Source: Octopus vulgaris (taxonomy: Eukaryota). Taken from it: a stretch of 64,000 nt of DNA. The first letter of the stretch is position 1. Every line of letters starts with the position of its first letter. Shown here in pieces: positions 1 through 14,481 of this stretch. The notes beneath the pieces were generated by a model, which was not told the origin of the DNA, searched no databases, and saw only the letters and a program-made list of their open reading frames with translations. The stretch is from positions 117,800,001 to 117,864,000 of the forward strand of contig OX597819.1 in NCBI GenBank assembly GCA_951406725.2. Reading direction: 5' to 3'. Position numbers and translations under genes: made by a program.

Positions 1-520
1 AGCCGTATTTCGTCTGCCGTTACGTTCTGAGTTCAAATTCCGTCGAGGTTGACTTTGCCTTTCATCCTTTCGGGGTTGATTAAATAAGTATCATTACGCA
101 CTGGGGTCAATCTAATCGAATTAATCCGTTTGTTTGTCTTTGTTTGTCCCATCTATGTTAAGCCCCTTTGGGCAATAAAGAAATAGGAAACGTCAGCACG
201 CCGGGCAAAATGCTTAGCGGTATTTCGTTTGCTGCTACGTTCTAAGTTCAAATTTCGCCAGGATCGACCTTGCCTTTCATTCTTTCTGGATCGATTATAT
301 AAGTACTAGTGACCCACTGGGGTCAATATAATCAACTTATTCCGGTTGCCTTTTCTTGTTTGACTCCTCACTGTGTAGCCCCTTGTGGGCAGTAAAGAAA
401 TAAGAAACTTCGGTGAAATGCTTAACGGCATTTCGTTTGTATTTACGTTCTGAGTTGAAATTCCTCCGATCAAGTTGAGTGGCCTCCTCTCCCAAAATTT
501 CGCGCCTTGTGCTTAGACAA
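1..520 (+). mobile_element. Head-to-tail array of three copies of tRNA-derived SINE family C (Meta-domain-like core)
   Basis: Units at about 1-186, 187-405 and 406-520 repeat gttctgagttcaaattccgccgagg...tttgcctttcatcctttcggggtcgat...aagcccctt..gggcaataaagaaata. Same family as 61768-62003, 11133-11366 and 17623-17777. The Meta-domain assignment is from recall. Confidence 0.85.
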
Positions 521-904
521 GAAAACAGTATATAACGTTCGTGTTACCTCATTTTCCACTGCCATTCATGTCTCATCTCAGATGAAAGCATATGCAATAC
601 AATACCGCCATTTCCTATTCATAGTTGAATTGTTATGGCATTGCTTTTTTTTTATTCGTTTTGAAATATATTCTCTTCTCAATATACACTTTGATGTATT
701 GTATTTTATTGTTTCAGTATTTCAGCATTTTACAGGCTAGTTTTCAAATTAGCACCCATTCTCTGAATAAATGTCTATTCTAGTAAATGTGGAATGAAGT
801 GATGATCATTATGATGCTTAGCGTAAAATCTGTCATTCTAAACGATATATTTTACCCCAGAGATATTATGTATTTTCATCGGAACAAACGCACAAAGGCG
901 CGCG

Positions 905-990
905 CACACACACACATTCATACACAAAGACACGCACGCAGACACACATAAGCACTTCCATCTATCTATCTATCTATCTATCTCTGTCTG

Positions 991-1071
<81 letters not shown>

Positions 1072-1090
1072 GTGTGTGTGTGTGTGTGCA
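905..1090. repeat. Compound microsatellite (CA)/(TCTA)/(TC)/(TA)/(TG)
   Basis: Directly visible. Confidence 0.95.
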
Positions 1091-1489
1091 TATAAATGTC
1101 TCTACATGTGACTAAGGTGTTAGGAAAACCTTGCATTACTAGTATTTAGAAATAAAACGCGCTAATGCTGTAACGCACATCAATGAAGCTATACACACTT
1201 ACATGAACCATAATAGTACGAAAAGTGCCGATCGAAGATTTTTAATACTGAAGCCTAAATTTTCGGCAATTTCCGTTGATATATTAGTCAAGACCACTCG
1301 ATTGTTCGGCTCTTTCCGGATTCGTTTCGCGATTAGCATTTCTGTTTTCGTATGTTTAATATATATGTTTTCCATATTACATGGAAATTACCGAACGCTG
1401 CTTCAGTTTGGCGTATTTTCAACACATAACGAATTATTTGGATGATTTAGCGATTCGCTAATATGTATATATAAAATTCATCAATTAAT

Positions 1490-1762
1490 AGGCGCAGGCG
1501 TGGCTGTGTGGTAAGTAGCTCCCAAAGAGTCTGAGGGACCTATACAAAGTTGATATAGGTTATTTCAAATCGAAACTGGACCGCGCTTCTTTTCGAGAGT
1601 CCCGGATGAAGTTACCTCGCGGTAAGAGGTGCCAATGAGGGTAGATACTTCAAACTCCCTTATTCACCAAATGCATCATATTAGAGGAGACTCTCAATAA
1701 TAACAGTGTAACAAAACGGCAGTACCCCAGCATCGACATAGGTCTGAGCTGAAACTAAAAAA
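1490..1762 (+). mobile_element. Chimera: 30-bp SINE-A head fused to a CR1-like LINE 3' end
   Basis: aggcgcaggcgtggctgtgtggtaagtagct matches the 14263 head. It is followed by LPKSLRDLYKVDIGYFKSKLDR/(frameshift)FFSRVPDEVTSR*EVPMRVDTSNSLIHQM, a LINE ORF2 C-terminus, then the tail ggcagtaccccagcat...gctgaaactaaaaaa. Confidence 0.7.
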
Positions 1763-1775
1763 CAGTATATATATA

Positions 1776-2166
1776 AGAAGAGAAAGAAGCACTCCGTCGG
1801 TTACGACGACGAGGGTTCCGGTTGATCCGATCAACGGAACAGCCTGCTCGTGAAATTAACGTGTAAGTGGCTGAGCACTCCACAGACACGTGTACCCTTA
1901 ACGTAGTTCTCGGGGATATTCAGCGTGACACAGAGAGTGACAAGGACGGCCCTTTGAAATACAGGTACAACAGAAAGAGGAAGTAAGAGTGAGAGAAAGT
2001 TGTGGTGAAAGAGTACAGCAGGGATCACCACCATCCCTGCCGGAGCCTCGTGGAGCTTTAGGTGTTTTCGCTCAATAAACACTCACAACGCCCTGTCTGG
2101 GAATCGAAACCGCGATCCCATGACCGCGAGTCCGCTGCCCTAACCACTGGGCGATTGCGCCTCCAC
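1776..2166 (-). mobile_element. tRNA-derived SINE family B, tail type 1
   Basis: Minus-strand head gtggaggcgcaatcgcccagtggttagggcagcggactcgcggtc...ggtttcgattccc has Pol III A/B-box-like motifs. acagtatatatata occurs on both sides (TSD-like). Confidence 0.9.
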
Positions 2167-2167
2167 A

Positions 2168-2310
<143 letters not shown>

Positions 2311-3639
2311 AAGATAACGGTGATAAAACCATAATCACGATCTCAACGAAAACATTCCTACTTAAATATTGTATGAAGAATAAATAATCTATCCCCAGTG
2401 AACATAAATATATGTCAGTCAGTGATTGATAAAATAATTATTGGTTCATGAGTCTATGCCGGAAATCAATATTTTTTCTATGAATACTTGGACACAAATT
2501 GATAATTCTTTCTGTTGTTTTGGCAACAAGAATTTACGGATCTTACATTCATTGTTTTCCTGAATATGTTCTGATAATTCTGTTAGAAAGCACCCATGGG
2601 TCGAATTGAACCCATGTCTCGTTTGTAACACTGAACAAGCTATAACTAAAAAGAGGGAAGTTTATACAGATTAATATATATATCCTTTTACTTGTAAGGT
2701 ACTATTTGGCTATCATTGACATTCTAATCACCTGTCTCTTTCTATCTCCCGATTTTCCCACGCATTTTTTATATACATGCATATATGCGTGTGTGTGCAC
2801 CTGCGTGTGTGCGTGCATGTGTGTGTGTATGTGTGGTGAGCGTGCACGCTTGTGTGTTGTGTGACTCGATTTATTCATGCGTTTTCTGTTTATACGGTGT
2901 GTGAAAACAATTTCATATATACATATATATATATATATACGTATATATATGTGTGTGTTTTTGAGTGTAAACATGTGTTATTTTCTGTATATATACACAC
3001 ATAAAGGTATAAATTTCTTTTAATCCTTCCACATCCTAACTTCAATCTCAATTTTTTTTTTCTTTTTTGGTACAAAATGTTAAGTGCATTTCCTGATAAG
3101 TTATCTCTGACTAAACATTTCTATCAAACTAATGTAACATCCGAAACGAAGATAAATGTACCGGAATGGTGAACGTAAAAAAAAAAAAAGATAAATAATC
3201 CGTTTCGAGAGAGAAATCAAAGTACCTCCCAAAAGAATGTACTTTGTAAATTTTGATAAAACCAAATATTTAGCCTCGATAAATAGACTGTGAATATGTG
3301 CATAAAAGCAGATTAGAGATTTTCTACTTAATAAGCAAATCGGTAAGCTCCATCAGTTATCAATCACTGGAGGCCACATATTTGGTAAAGGTACCAGCAC
3401 ACATTTTGATAGAAATTGGTTTATTGGAGGAGCGTCTTCGAAATAAAGATTTATTCTTTAGCAATATAATTAATGAAATTTATATACAGAATGTTGGCAT
3501 TCTGATTTTTTTTTCCCTGGAATGAATATTGCATTCTCACGGCCATTGCAGTGTGTATGCATATTATAGGTTTTCAATATCCCCCAGTCTCTGTCTCGAT
3601 GTGCCGCTATTTTTGCAGTCATATCTCCCATTCAATGCA

Positions 3640-3899
<260 letters not shown>

Positions 3900-5455
3900 A
3901 TCAATAATAATAAAGGGTAAAAATTAATTTATTAATTGATAATTAATAATCTTACCAAGTAGTTTCAGCATGTTAAAAGAACTATTTTCGGTAAACATAA
4001 ACAATAATTTTCATAATTACGTGTATAATTATAATTGGTGTTCAGCAAAAAAATAAAAATTGCTTCACCACATACTGAAATAAAGAAATAGCACCCCCCC
4101 CCCCCCGAAAAAAAAGAAAAAATTTAGCTATTTCTCTACCATAGGAAAATCTCCCAGATAACGTATACCCAAAAACAATCCACGTAGGCAAAGAGAAAAA
4201 ACAACGAATTCACTCGGCAGTTGATTAACTGTGGACGCGTTTCGGTGTTATATATATATATATATATATATATAGATGAGAATTATTCCGAAGTAGCATA
4301 GCATTAGCTTTAAAATCGTCTTTACCTAAGTATAACGGGCATTCAAATTTTAAGACCCCCTACCATAGACGAAGAGAAGCGAAAATGAAAATCAGTAATA
4401 CAAATATATCACAGTGATTTCGGACATTGTGAATGACCACATTCTTCTCCTCAGTGAGTAATACAAACCCAGGGCCAAAACCACGCACACTTCATCCATT
4501 TCTCGACAATCATTTTTAATGCCACGGAAAATTTTAAAAACTGACCTAAGTGAATAAAAATTATTAAAATATATGAGAATATTATACTTAATAATTTACA
4601 ATAATATTGTAGCCAGATATTTCAAAACATTCTGTTGTTTAAGCATTTATTACTCATTTAGATTAAGCATCGATAAATTTCTTCGTATGCAAACATTTTA
4701 AATTTGTTCCTGTCTATAATTTATTATATCATCCTTTGATGTAAGAAATTTGATAAAATTCTTGAAAATATAGATCACATATATTAGTTCCAATTTTGTA
4801 TGGTTTTGCAGTACTGATGAATTCCTAATTGATAGTATAGTATTTGTTTCCGTCTTTAATTGAGCAAATTAATTCACTTAGAGAGTAGTTTGAAGTTTTT
4901 CATGAACTTAAGTGATTAGTCGGCTTTTTTATTTAAAATTAGTGCAGTTGCACCTTCAGATGCAACTTTGCATCTATATATTGTATTTTTAGTTTTACAT
5001 TCATTAATCATACAACAGGAGTACAGTTTAGAAAAATTACAGAAATAATTTTTATATTTCTCTCAGATTAACTATTAATCTTATCATTCATGGTCAAGTC
5101 CAATTCATTCCCACCACGTTTTCATTATTATTTAGTCATTCATATAATGTTAAACTTGATCTATTCCTAGCCCAATTTTCATTCGATTTTACGTTATTAA
5201 CTACGTTAAATTAGGTTGATTCTCATTCGGTGACTTTTAAACTCTTAGCGTTTTCTTCAATTTGAATTTTCATTATTCCCTTTGAAATTATTATTTTGAA
5301 TATTTACTTTGCTACACTTATTAGAATGTCTGTTTTTAAATTTCGATATTATTTCTTTTTATTTGTCTGCTATTATGTATGCAATATTTCTACTCTCAGA
5401 ATAAGCAATACATAACTTAAGTTTATTAAAAATTCTATATTTATGAGGTACATTG
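3900..5455 (-). mobile_element. Decayed Penelope-like element (Neptune-type): linker/GIY-YIG remnant plus pseudo-LTR, set between (TA)n tracts
   Basis: Minus-strand translation across stops and frameshifts: [25 protein letters not shown] (about 5440-5370), ECKTKNTIYRCKV (about 5005), ELICSIKDGNKYYTIN*EFISTAKPYKIGTNICDL (about 4880-4775). These parallel the 29525 ORF. Hammerhead-like remnants lie downstream at 4407-4457 and 4231-4247. Confidence 0.75.
4407..4457 (-). ncRNA. Degenerate hammerhead-like motif in a PLE pseudo-LTR
   Basis: tca CUGAGGA gaagaaugug-gucauu-cacaaugucc GAAA ucacuguga UA. Stem II is only partly paired and stem I is poor. Confidence 0.4.
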
Positions 5456-5546
5456 CTCTCTGTATATGGATATACATGTATATATATATGCATATATATA
5501 TGCACATATATCTAACTCTCCCTCAACCTTATTACATATGTATATG

Positions 5547-5622
<76 letters not shown>

Positions 5623-5935
5623 AATATATATACATATATACAAACATACATATAAATATATACATGTGTGTATGTGTATATATGTGTATAGGACATCATT
5701 CCATAAATTAAGGAGACACTTTACAAAATTTACTAGGTCACTATATATAAAATTGATAATGTTAAAAGCAATTCAATTAAGAAAAAAAATATGAAGTACG
5801 ATGAAGAAATGGTGATATCCGATACACGTATGCATATAGATGTTCAAATTTATATAAAGCATTATTTTTGACTATAAGATAACATATAATTTGTCGCTCC
5901 GATTATATCCTATTTTACATTCATCCACTTAAGAT

Positions 5936-6102
<167 letters not shown>

Positions 6103-6484
6103 AGTGGATTAGCTCATGCAGTCTCACATGCATTATTTCCAAAAATATTGTCGATCTTCGCCTTCTGAAAACTTATTGAGTTGCCTCTTCTGTCATAATT
6201 TCTAAGGCTTCCTACTCTGACTAGTAATTGCCTAATTACTCCTGTCCTTGCCGAGGACGTGTGACAGTATAAGGCATGTAAGGCAAATATAAATGGCACG
6301 ATTTTCACCAATCCCCATTTGCCTGTGATATTATATGCTCTTTCCATTCTTTTATCAAGTAAAAAATTTCATTCAGCAAAAATATATCTCCACCTTATAA
6401 TTTCGCGAGGGTGCAAAATACACTTATATCTCACAAATGACCTTGTGAGGTATAGTAAGTGTCCTGCAAGTGGTAACAATACCT

Positions 6485-6786
6485 ACCTTCGGTCACGAAT
6501 GACCATGGGATTGCACCTAGAGAGCTTTCCCCGAGGCACAATTCCTGGCAAGATTATTTATGGAAGACCAGCAGTCACTCATGCACACCAACATCCCTTC
6601 ACCACCCACCCATGTTAAGAGAAAGGCACTACTGAGATCGAAACTAATTTCTACAGGAGAGTGACCTGGAGCAACGTCAAACAATGTGTCTTGATCAAGA
6701 ACACAACACACAGACTGGGCCAGAATTGAACTCACTACTCCATAAATATGTGTAAGACGCTCTAACCATTAAGCCATGTCCCTTCC
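6485..6786 (-). mobile_element. CORE-like tRNA-derived SINE, same family as 63134-63460
   Basis: Minus strand reads gaagggacatggcttaatggttagagcg...gttgtgttcttgatcaagacac...ttgctccaggtcactc, with tail actgctggtcttccataaa...gcaatcccatggtcattcgtgaccg. Confidence 0.8.
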
Positions 6787-8039
6787 TGGCATGTGGTATA
6801 TACACAAGGATTTAACCAAGACACAGTAGGATTTAGCCGCGACGACCTTATATTTTATTCGTCTAAAATTACGAGGTTAATCGTTACTGTCACGTATTAG
6901 TTACTAAACACAGTAATTCTAATATAGTGAAATGCTGTCTCCTTCAAATTAACATTTATATAGAAAATATTATTCCGAAGTGCAATGCTTAAGTATTGAT
7001 AGCAATTAATTTCGTAGGTAAAATGGGGATTAAGAAATGCATTAAAGAGATTTTATATGAATCTTAAGAAATTAGAGAGAATTTTAACCGAAAGCGATAA
7101 AGGATGTGGATAGCATTTCCTGTGATATTGCTCAGTGACATATAGGTATAACTCTGGTGTATATGCAATCAGAAATACACTAACGGAAGTACTTTCATAC
7201 GCAGTTTGTATTATATCGAGTCGATTAGGAAATGTGACACAATATATTGAGAAATTATACAAAATTATATAATTTAGAGCAATGTGGCATGCTCATAGAA
7301 ATAATAGAAACTTTATCAAGGCTTCAAACTATAGAAGGTGAACATTGTGATAAGCCGGGTCTTCTTGAATTCAATAGATGAAATGTTCAGCCTTTCACCT
7401 ATTAATCTCACTACGTATTCAAATAACAGATTTTCGTTGGTGGAGAAATTAGATGGGATATATTTGCTGTACTTCTCTCAGTATACAAACATTTCAAAGG
7501 TATCATCTTATGAATGTCAATATCAGATGCGATGAGTGCTATTGAGTAACATTTCAATATGCCGTTCTAAGAAGGATATCCGCTTCCATTATCTATATTA
7601 CAATCCCCAACATAAACTGCTCCTTATTCATTATAATATATTTCTCATATATTGTAATGAATATTTTATGCAAAGTTTAAAAGATGATCATACCTCAAAT
7701 TATTGCTCTTAATATGCATACATTGTTTTCTACTGGTATCAGTTAATTACTTAATTCCACTAATCCCTAAATGATTGAAATTACTTTCTCTATAATATGT
7801 AAAAACATATGTAAGCTTGTACGTGTAGTCAAATTTTGAATTAGTGCTTCACGAATTAACATTTGTACTCTTTTTACAATGTTTCAAGTATAGTGTAAAG
7901 CTTTTTTTCAAAATAAAAGCCTTTCTAATCCAAATACTTTGAAGTGGTACTTCGTTCTTTGAATTTCGAAAGCAATTCGTCAGCGTTAATAGAACTGCTA
8001 TGATTACTATCCTTGAAAGGACTGGGATGCCATTGAACA

Positions 8040-8830
8040 TAACAACAGCATTTAGAACACAAGAACACAAGAGAAAATGCAGGGGACGAGTATCTTAAGT
8101 AATTTAGAAAAAATAAATTGAGTAAGGTGAATTTGAGGTAATTCATTCATTAATTATTTAATTGATTATTGGATTTCTTACAGCTTTTTCTGGTATATCT
8201 CAAGTGATAGTTTATAGAGGAATAACATATTAGATTCAAGAATAAAGAGTAAAATACCAGATAGAAGAATACAAACAGGAAAATAAAGTTCGCAGCTGAT
8301 TTTCTTCTAAACGGTATGGAGGTTGGGTCGTACGTCTTTGAAGGTGTAGGTCCTTAAGTATAATCCCAGGTCATGCAGTATTTTGGAAATATTTTGAATG
8401 ACAGCAACATTCAAAGCACTGCTAAAGTAATACTGGTATTTACCTAATACTGGATTATACTTAAGAGCTATATCGTCATGGAAATACGGACCAACCTCAA
8501 TGCTCTTTAGAAGAAGATGAGCTACGAACTCAATTCTCATGTCGATAATTTTCTATCTACTCTTTTAACCATTCTTTTGTCTACTATTTTATTCTTTTAT
8601 AAACAGTGAATTGCCTGTGATAAATCTTTCATACATACTCATCTTGTCTCTGATGTGAGAACGCCCAGGGGATGGAGATGCTAACCTATTGATTGCGGTG
8701 TCCTGAAACAGCTGCAAGACATCCAACATTTAATTAATTAATTACCTCAAATTCACCTTAAACTAATCAAATAATCTAAATGACTAGTGATACTCATCCT
8801 GCCTTGGTTGCGTTGTCATTTTTGCTCTAA
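8040..8830. mobile_element. Inverted pair of PLE-like pseudo-LTR segments
   Basis: The reverse complement of 8070-8195 (gaaaaagctgtaagaaatcc...aattacctcaaattcacctta...gatactcgtcc) matches 8705-8800 (gaaacagctgcaagacatcc...aattacctcaaattcacctta...gatactcatcc). Confidence 0.65.
8645..8721 (+). ncRNA. Degenerate minimal hammerhead (A9U, U16.1C)
   Basis: UGUCU CUGAUGU [48 nt] GAAA CAGCUG CA AGACA: perfect 5-bp stem I and a palindromic stem III. Confidence 0.6.
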
Positions 8831-8952
8831 TATATACGGAAGCCCGTTACGGATCCCTAGCTCGAGTTATAGCACTTGTACAGTGTACCAATTCAATTAG
8901 ATTACCAGTGAACTAAACCACCCATATTATATATATATATATATATATAAAT

Positions 8953-9000
<48 letters not shown>

Positions 9001-10106
9001 TTCATACAAACAAACACACACACACACACCCATTTATATGCACACCCACGCACAGACACACACACTCACATGCACACACACTCATGTAATGTTAGCGTTA
9101 TTCATATTTGCTCAACGAGACTATTGATTTGTATTCATAATCGTATGCAGTGAACGTAAATGGAACGCAAAATGAAACAAAAATCATATCATGCAAATTC
9201 TGGAAATTCTTACATGTTATTAAACAAAGCATCATTAAAAATGTAAAATTTAAACGACTTTATGTATAATTTATTGATTTTCGATTAGTCTGATACACTT
9301 CATCAATTGAACCGTCAGACAATTACATTCCTCAAGTCCAGTGCCGTAATTAACAAACTACAGCTGCTCTATACGCATCCATACAATTAATATTTGCATC
9401 CATACAATTAATATCTTTTATGACATTTCAAGAATATGGATCTGCATCTCCAAGTTGGGGTAGAGATATTTTTACTTACGGTTAAATATCTTTAGAAATC
9501 ATACTCATTTAAGAGTGAAGTGTTTTCTAAAAGCTGCCTTCTACTTGATACGGCAGCAGAAATTGCAAGCTTCAAACATAGTTAATTTCTTTGCACATTC
9601 CTGGGAATTAAAAATGAACAAACCAGCATAACATTAATACAAAAAAAAAAAAAACATCTAATTTTTCAATTTCAACTGTATTATATCGAGTGCAAAATTA
9701 TAACGCTAATTCTCCTACATACAATGAAATTATAGGAGAGTCAATATGTAATCATTATGTTACAAATTCGAAACGAATGCGGTAATGATCTCTTTCTTAT
9801 TAAAGTATTCTTCCTTCGATCACACAGTACAGAGATATTCATGCAGTATATTCTGCTCCACTCCGTACACCCATCTAACAAACTGCGGTAGCGTACTCTC
9901 CATTTTCTTTTCAGAGCATGTCTGCCTGTCACAAATATGCTATATTTCCATATTTAACTCACAGTATCTCCAAGATATTATTTTATTTCAGACTATGAAT
10001 AACGAGTTAAAAGCAAATACTTTGCATATTTAGTTTATATCTGATGAGATTCAATGCCTACTAATTATCCATAGACATAAAAGCTAACTTTCAAAAGGTC
10101 CATCCG

Positions 10107-10170
<64 letters not shown>

Positions 10171-11004
10171 TTACAAGCTATACGTACATACATGCAGATA
10201 GGCATACATACTTATAAATACATGTGTGCATGTATGTGTGTATTAAATATTACAGATTCTCAAAAAATCATTTAAATACACACGTTACATAATTCATGTT
10301 ATATATATTAGAAAATGTATATATGCAAAATGATGACATAAAAGAGGGAAATTATATGAAATAAAAGATATTCTACCGAAAATATTATATATCTAAGCAT
10401 TTCACAAAACTCTATCCTGTAGACATGTTATTTGTAAATAAATGTTAACCTATATCATTTTAAAGAAAGAAGGAAAGCAAAACCTGACTTGAACATAGTT
10501 AAAACTTCAATGCAAGATAAGAAAAAGTACTAAAGGAGTGCTGGATTGAAACAAATTTATCGATCATTTATCATCCTGAAATGCAAACGGGCGATCAATA
10601 TGTTCCTTCACTGCACTTGTCTCCAACGACTACATTGCATATATTTACTATCCCTGCTCATTAACCCCAGATTTACTTCAAGAATAAGACATATAAAACG
10701 CCTCCAGAATTTAGCATTCTGTATAGCAATACAATAAAGAAACATATCTACTCACAATTTAAACTGATGCAACCGACTCTCAGAAATACACAAGATATTC
10801 CAGACGCTTTAAAATCTCACCATCATCTGTGGCAAAAATATAAATATGAAAATAAAAATATAAATACACAGGAAATTTGAGAATCCTGCTGACCACCATT
10901 CCCCAGGTAGCCGTCTCCTCCATAGAATCACTCTATCTGCTTTGTTTCCATCTTAATAGCTTACTTCGTATAAGACGTGAGGGTAAATAATGCCTGATAT
11001 TTTG

Positions 11005-11366
11005 GGGGTGGGAAAGTCGGTTAGATCGACCCAAGTAGACGTCTGGTACTTAATTTATCGACACCAAAAAGATGACAGGCGAAGTCGACCTCGCCGGAAT
11101 TTGAATTCAGTACGTAAAGACAGACGAAATACCTATTTCTTTACTATCCACAAAGGGCTAAACACAGAGAGGACAAACAAGGACAGACAAAGGGATTAAG
11201 TCTATTACATCGACCCCAGTGCGTAACTGGTACATATTTAATCGACCCCGAAAGGATGAAAGGCAAAGTCGACCTCCGCGGAATTTGAACTCAGAACGTA
11301 GCGGCAGACGAAATACCTCTAAGCATTTCGCCCAGCGTGCTAAAGATTCTGCCAGCTCGCCGCCTT
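11005..11366 (-). mobile_element. SINE family C: full copy (11133-11366) plus an adjacent partial copy
   Basis: Reverse complement of the aaggcggcgagctggcagaatc...gagttcaaattccgc family, with a second degenerate unit at 11005-11132. Confidence 0.88.
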
Positions 11367-11758
11367 TGGGGTGCCATCATAACAGAAGACCAATATAAGA
11401 TTCTACGAAAAACATACCATTTGGAATCCAAATGGGAATACATTTTAGACATCCCTTCCATAATAACAGTATTAAAATCTATGACAGATGAAAACCAATC
11501 TGAAACATCCTTAAGCTTATAAACTTAACCCTGATCATCCGTAGAGCATAAGCAGCATTGACATTCATTTCCTTTTAGATAGCAATATATCACTCCTACA
11601 AACGTAGGGTTCGACACCAAAACATCCATAGCATAATTTAAACAACCATTCGTGTAACACAAAGAGAAGTTAGACAGGTGGTAATGGTATCAACATGTAA
11701 CTAATCTATTATTATTCCCATTCAGTTAATGTTTTGGATTTAATTTGTGGTTGCTGTT

Positions 11759-12128
11759 GCGTTTGAGCGAACGGTCTTCGTCCAGAGCTCGCAAGATGGG
11801 AAATGTCCGAAACGTTGTCCTTTGCCATTCGTAAGACCCGCAGAAGAGAAAGCAGGTCAACCCCCGACACCGAGAGCATCGACGGATGGATGAATACGCA
11901 TCCAAGCTCAGCGGTTGCGTAGGAAGTCGGGGACAAGAAACAGGAAGAAAGAGTGAGAGAAAGTTGGAGCGAAAGAGTATAACAGGGGTCGCCAACACCC
12001 CCTGCCGGAGCCTCGTCGAGCTTTAGGTGTTTTCGCTCAATAAACACACAACGCCCAGTCTCGGAATCGAAACCGCGATCCTCCTACTGCGAGTCTGCTA
12101 CCCAGTCATTGGGTCATTGCGCCTCCAC
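11759..12128 (-). mobile_element. tRNA-derived SINE family B, tail type 2, with 14-bp TSD
   Basis: Same head and body as 1776-2166. TSD ttgtggttgctgtt at 11745-11758 and 12129-12142. Confidence 0.92.
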
Positions 12129-13297
12129 TTGTGGTTGCTGTTCAAATGTGGGAGATTTTTTGTCGCGTTACACTTTACGTTCTCGCTTACATATGTAACC
12201 AAACTATATTTGAAAATTGATCAAGTGGATGCAAAACTCATTCGAAATCTAAAATACTCTCGCTACCTCTCCAGGTTCAAATTCATAATCTTTCTTCTAA
12301 ATTCACTCTCATCACTCATGTTGCATCTTATTACATATAGACTCCTTATTTCATATCATATCAAAATGAGGGAAAATATTTTTGTATTGCCAGCCTCCAA
12401 TATATCTATCCCATAGCAATTGACTTACACAATGTTAAACTCAATAATTTACCAGTCTAACTGTATTTCTGCTATTGAATAATGAACTAAACTCACACGA
12501 ACATACACTTAGAGACAGACAGACACGCACACACACGCGCGCATTTAGTATAAAACTTAAGTAGAATACATGGAAACTAAGCATAGAAACTAAGAAAGTA
12601 TAATAAACGTACAACATCTTAAATATATACAAGACATAGGTGCAAGCAGTTGTGTATATTTGATTATATGTTATAATGCGATAAACTAATTTTATTCTAC
12701 CGAGCTGTCGCTGCTGTAGACGAAATCATATAACAAGCTACATAAACAGACGTTAAGTATAAAGTATTATATGTAAGATGATAAATGAAGTTATATATTT
12801 GCCGAGCACAAAAATAAATATCAATCAAACAGTAAATACTTTCAAAAGAATAAAATAAAATAGATATTACCATTTGATAACACACATGAGTATACTTTGG
12901 TAATCACACGTTAACTTCTAATAGCATTTTAGAAAAATAAACACAATACTTGTTGAAAACTATCGAAACTCCATCTAAACTTACAAAGTTTCTGAAACTA
13001 TTATGATATATAGTAGTATTAAACATTTCATTACTACCGATGTACACTTCATAATATAGCGTTGTCTACAAAGTACAATAAAGGAAACTTCAATTAAAAA
13101 AGAAAAAGAGATGTGGCAACTACAATTAAAATTTTAAAGTTTTGGATTTATATATACAAGTATAGGTGCATGCATACACACACACACGCACATGTATGCA
13201 TATGCGCAAGCGTCAAGAGACACATTAGTACTCACAGAACATGATTAATGCTTCATATTACTAAACCCTCATTTGTCATTCACGACAAAATAATCCA

Positions 13298-13361
<64 letters not shown>

Positions 13362-13363
<2 letters not shown>

Positions 13364-13515
13364 GCCATGATAGATCGCTAGCCACTACACATTCTCTTGT
13401 TTATTTCTATGTTCCTTTCTGTTGAAGCGCGTAGGCTCGAAACGTTAAATACTTTTCACTTACTAAGCGTTATACTATATATCTGTTCTTTGTCTACACC
13501 ACCTCTCTCCATCTT
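13362..13515 (+). mobile_element. Short (TA)n-embedded PLE-type cassette with a hammerhead-like motif (13416-13449)
   Basis: uuu CUGUUGA A GCGC-GUAG-GCUC GAAA CG UU aaa. Related to the 18423 and 19893 cassettes; (TA)n on both sides. Confidence 0.55.
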
Positions 13516-13571
13516 ATATATATATATATATATATATACTTTATATATATATATATATATATATATTATAT

Positions 13572-13626
<55 letters not shown>

Positions 13627-13628
13627 TG

Positions 13629-13685
<57 letters not shown>

Positions 13686-14262
13686 CTTCATGGCGTGCTT
13701 TGTGACTGATTATTTCAATCTGCTAGTATAGTAATGAATCTGTTGGCTTCAGTATTTATTTTGGGGTGGTCTAAATAACCGTGTTGACTCTTATTTCTAG
13801 TAGAAAGACACTTTAATGTGAACTTACGAATTAACAGCTTCATTTTTTACACAATTTTGTTTAATTGTTATCATTATTTTTTTTTACGAAGCGCGAGACA
13901 TTGCTTCCCACTGCTTGTCTTCATGTTTGAATCATTTTTTTTTTAAATTGGCAAAATAAATCATTAAGCCATTCATATAACATAAGCAAAAGCGTACACA
14001 CATGCACCACCATAATCGCACAACAGCATGCACACACATACATACATGTATATATACTGTTTTCAAAGCGTTTCATGAGCATCCTTGCAAAACCAATGAA
14101 TACATGTGTGTATCTGTGTGTGCGTTTTTGTGTGGTGATTGTGGTGCACTTGTGTACGTTTTGGGGTTTGTTGCATGAATTGTAGTTGTTCTTTTTTTGT
14201 TTCTGAAGGTTTTAAGACCAATATATAAGTAGAGAAGGATCCTCATCCGAAACATTTGCAAT

Positions 14263-14425
14263 AGGCGCAGGAGTGGCTGTGTGGTAAGTAGCTTGTTTAC
14301 CAACCACATGGTTCCGGGTTCAGTCCCACTGCGTGGCACTTTGGGCAAGTGTCTTCTACTATAGCCTCGGGCCGACCAAAGCCTTGTGAGTGGATTTGGT
14401 AGACGGAAACTGAAAGAAGCCCGTC

Positions 14426-14481
<56 letters not shown>

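Noticed and set aside
2095-2166. tRNA gene
   Set aside because: The tRNA-like A/B boxes are SINE heads continuous with the SINE body, and I could not build a complete cloverleaf.
9480-9600. Minus-strand exon-like segment with cccag acceptor and gtaagt donor
   Set aside because: Stops in all three frames.
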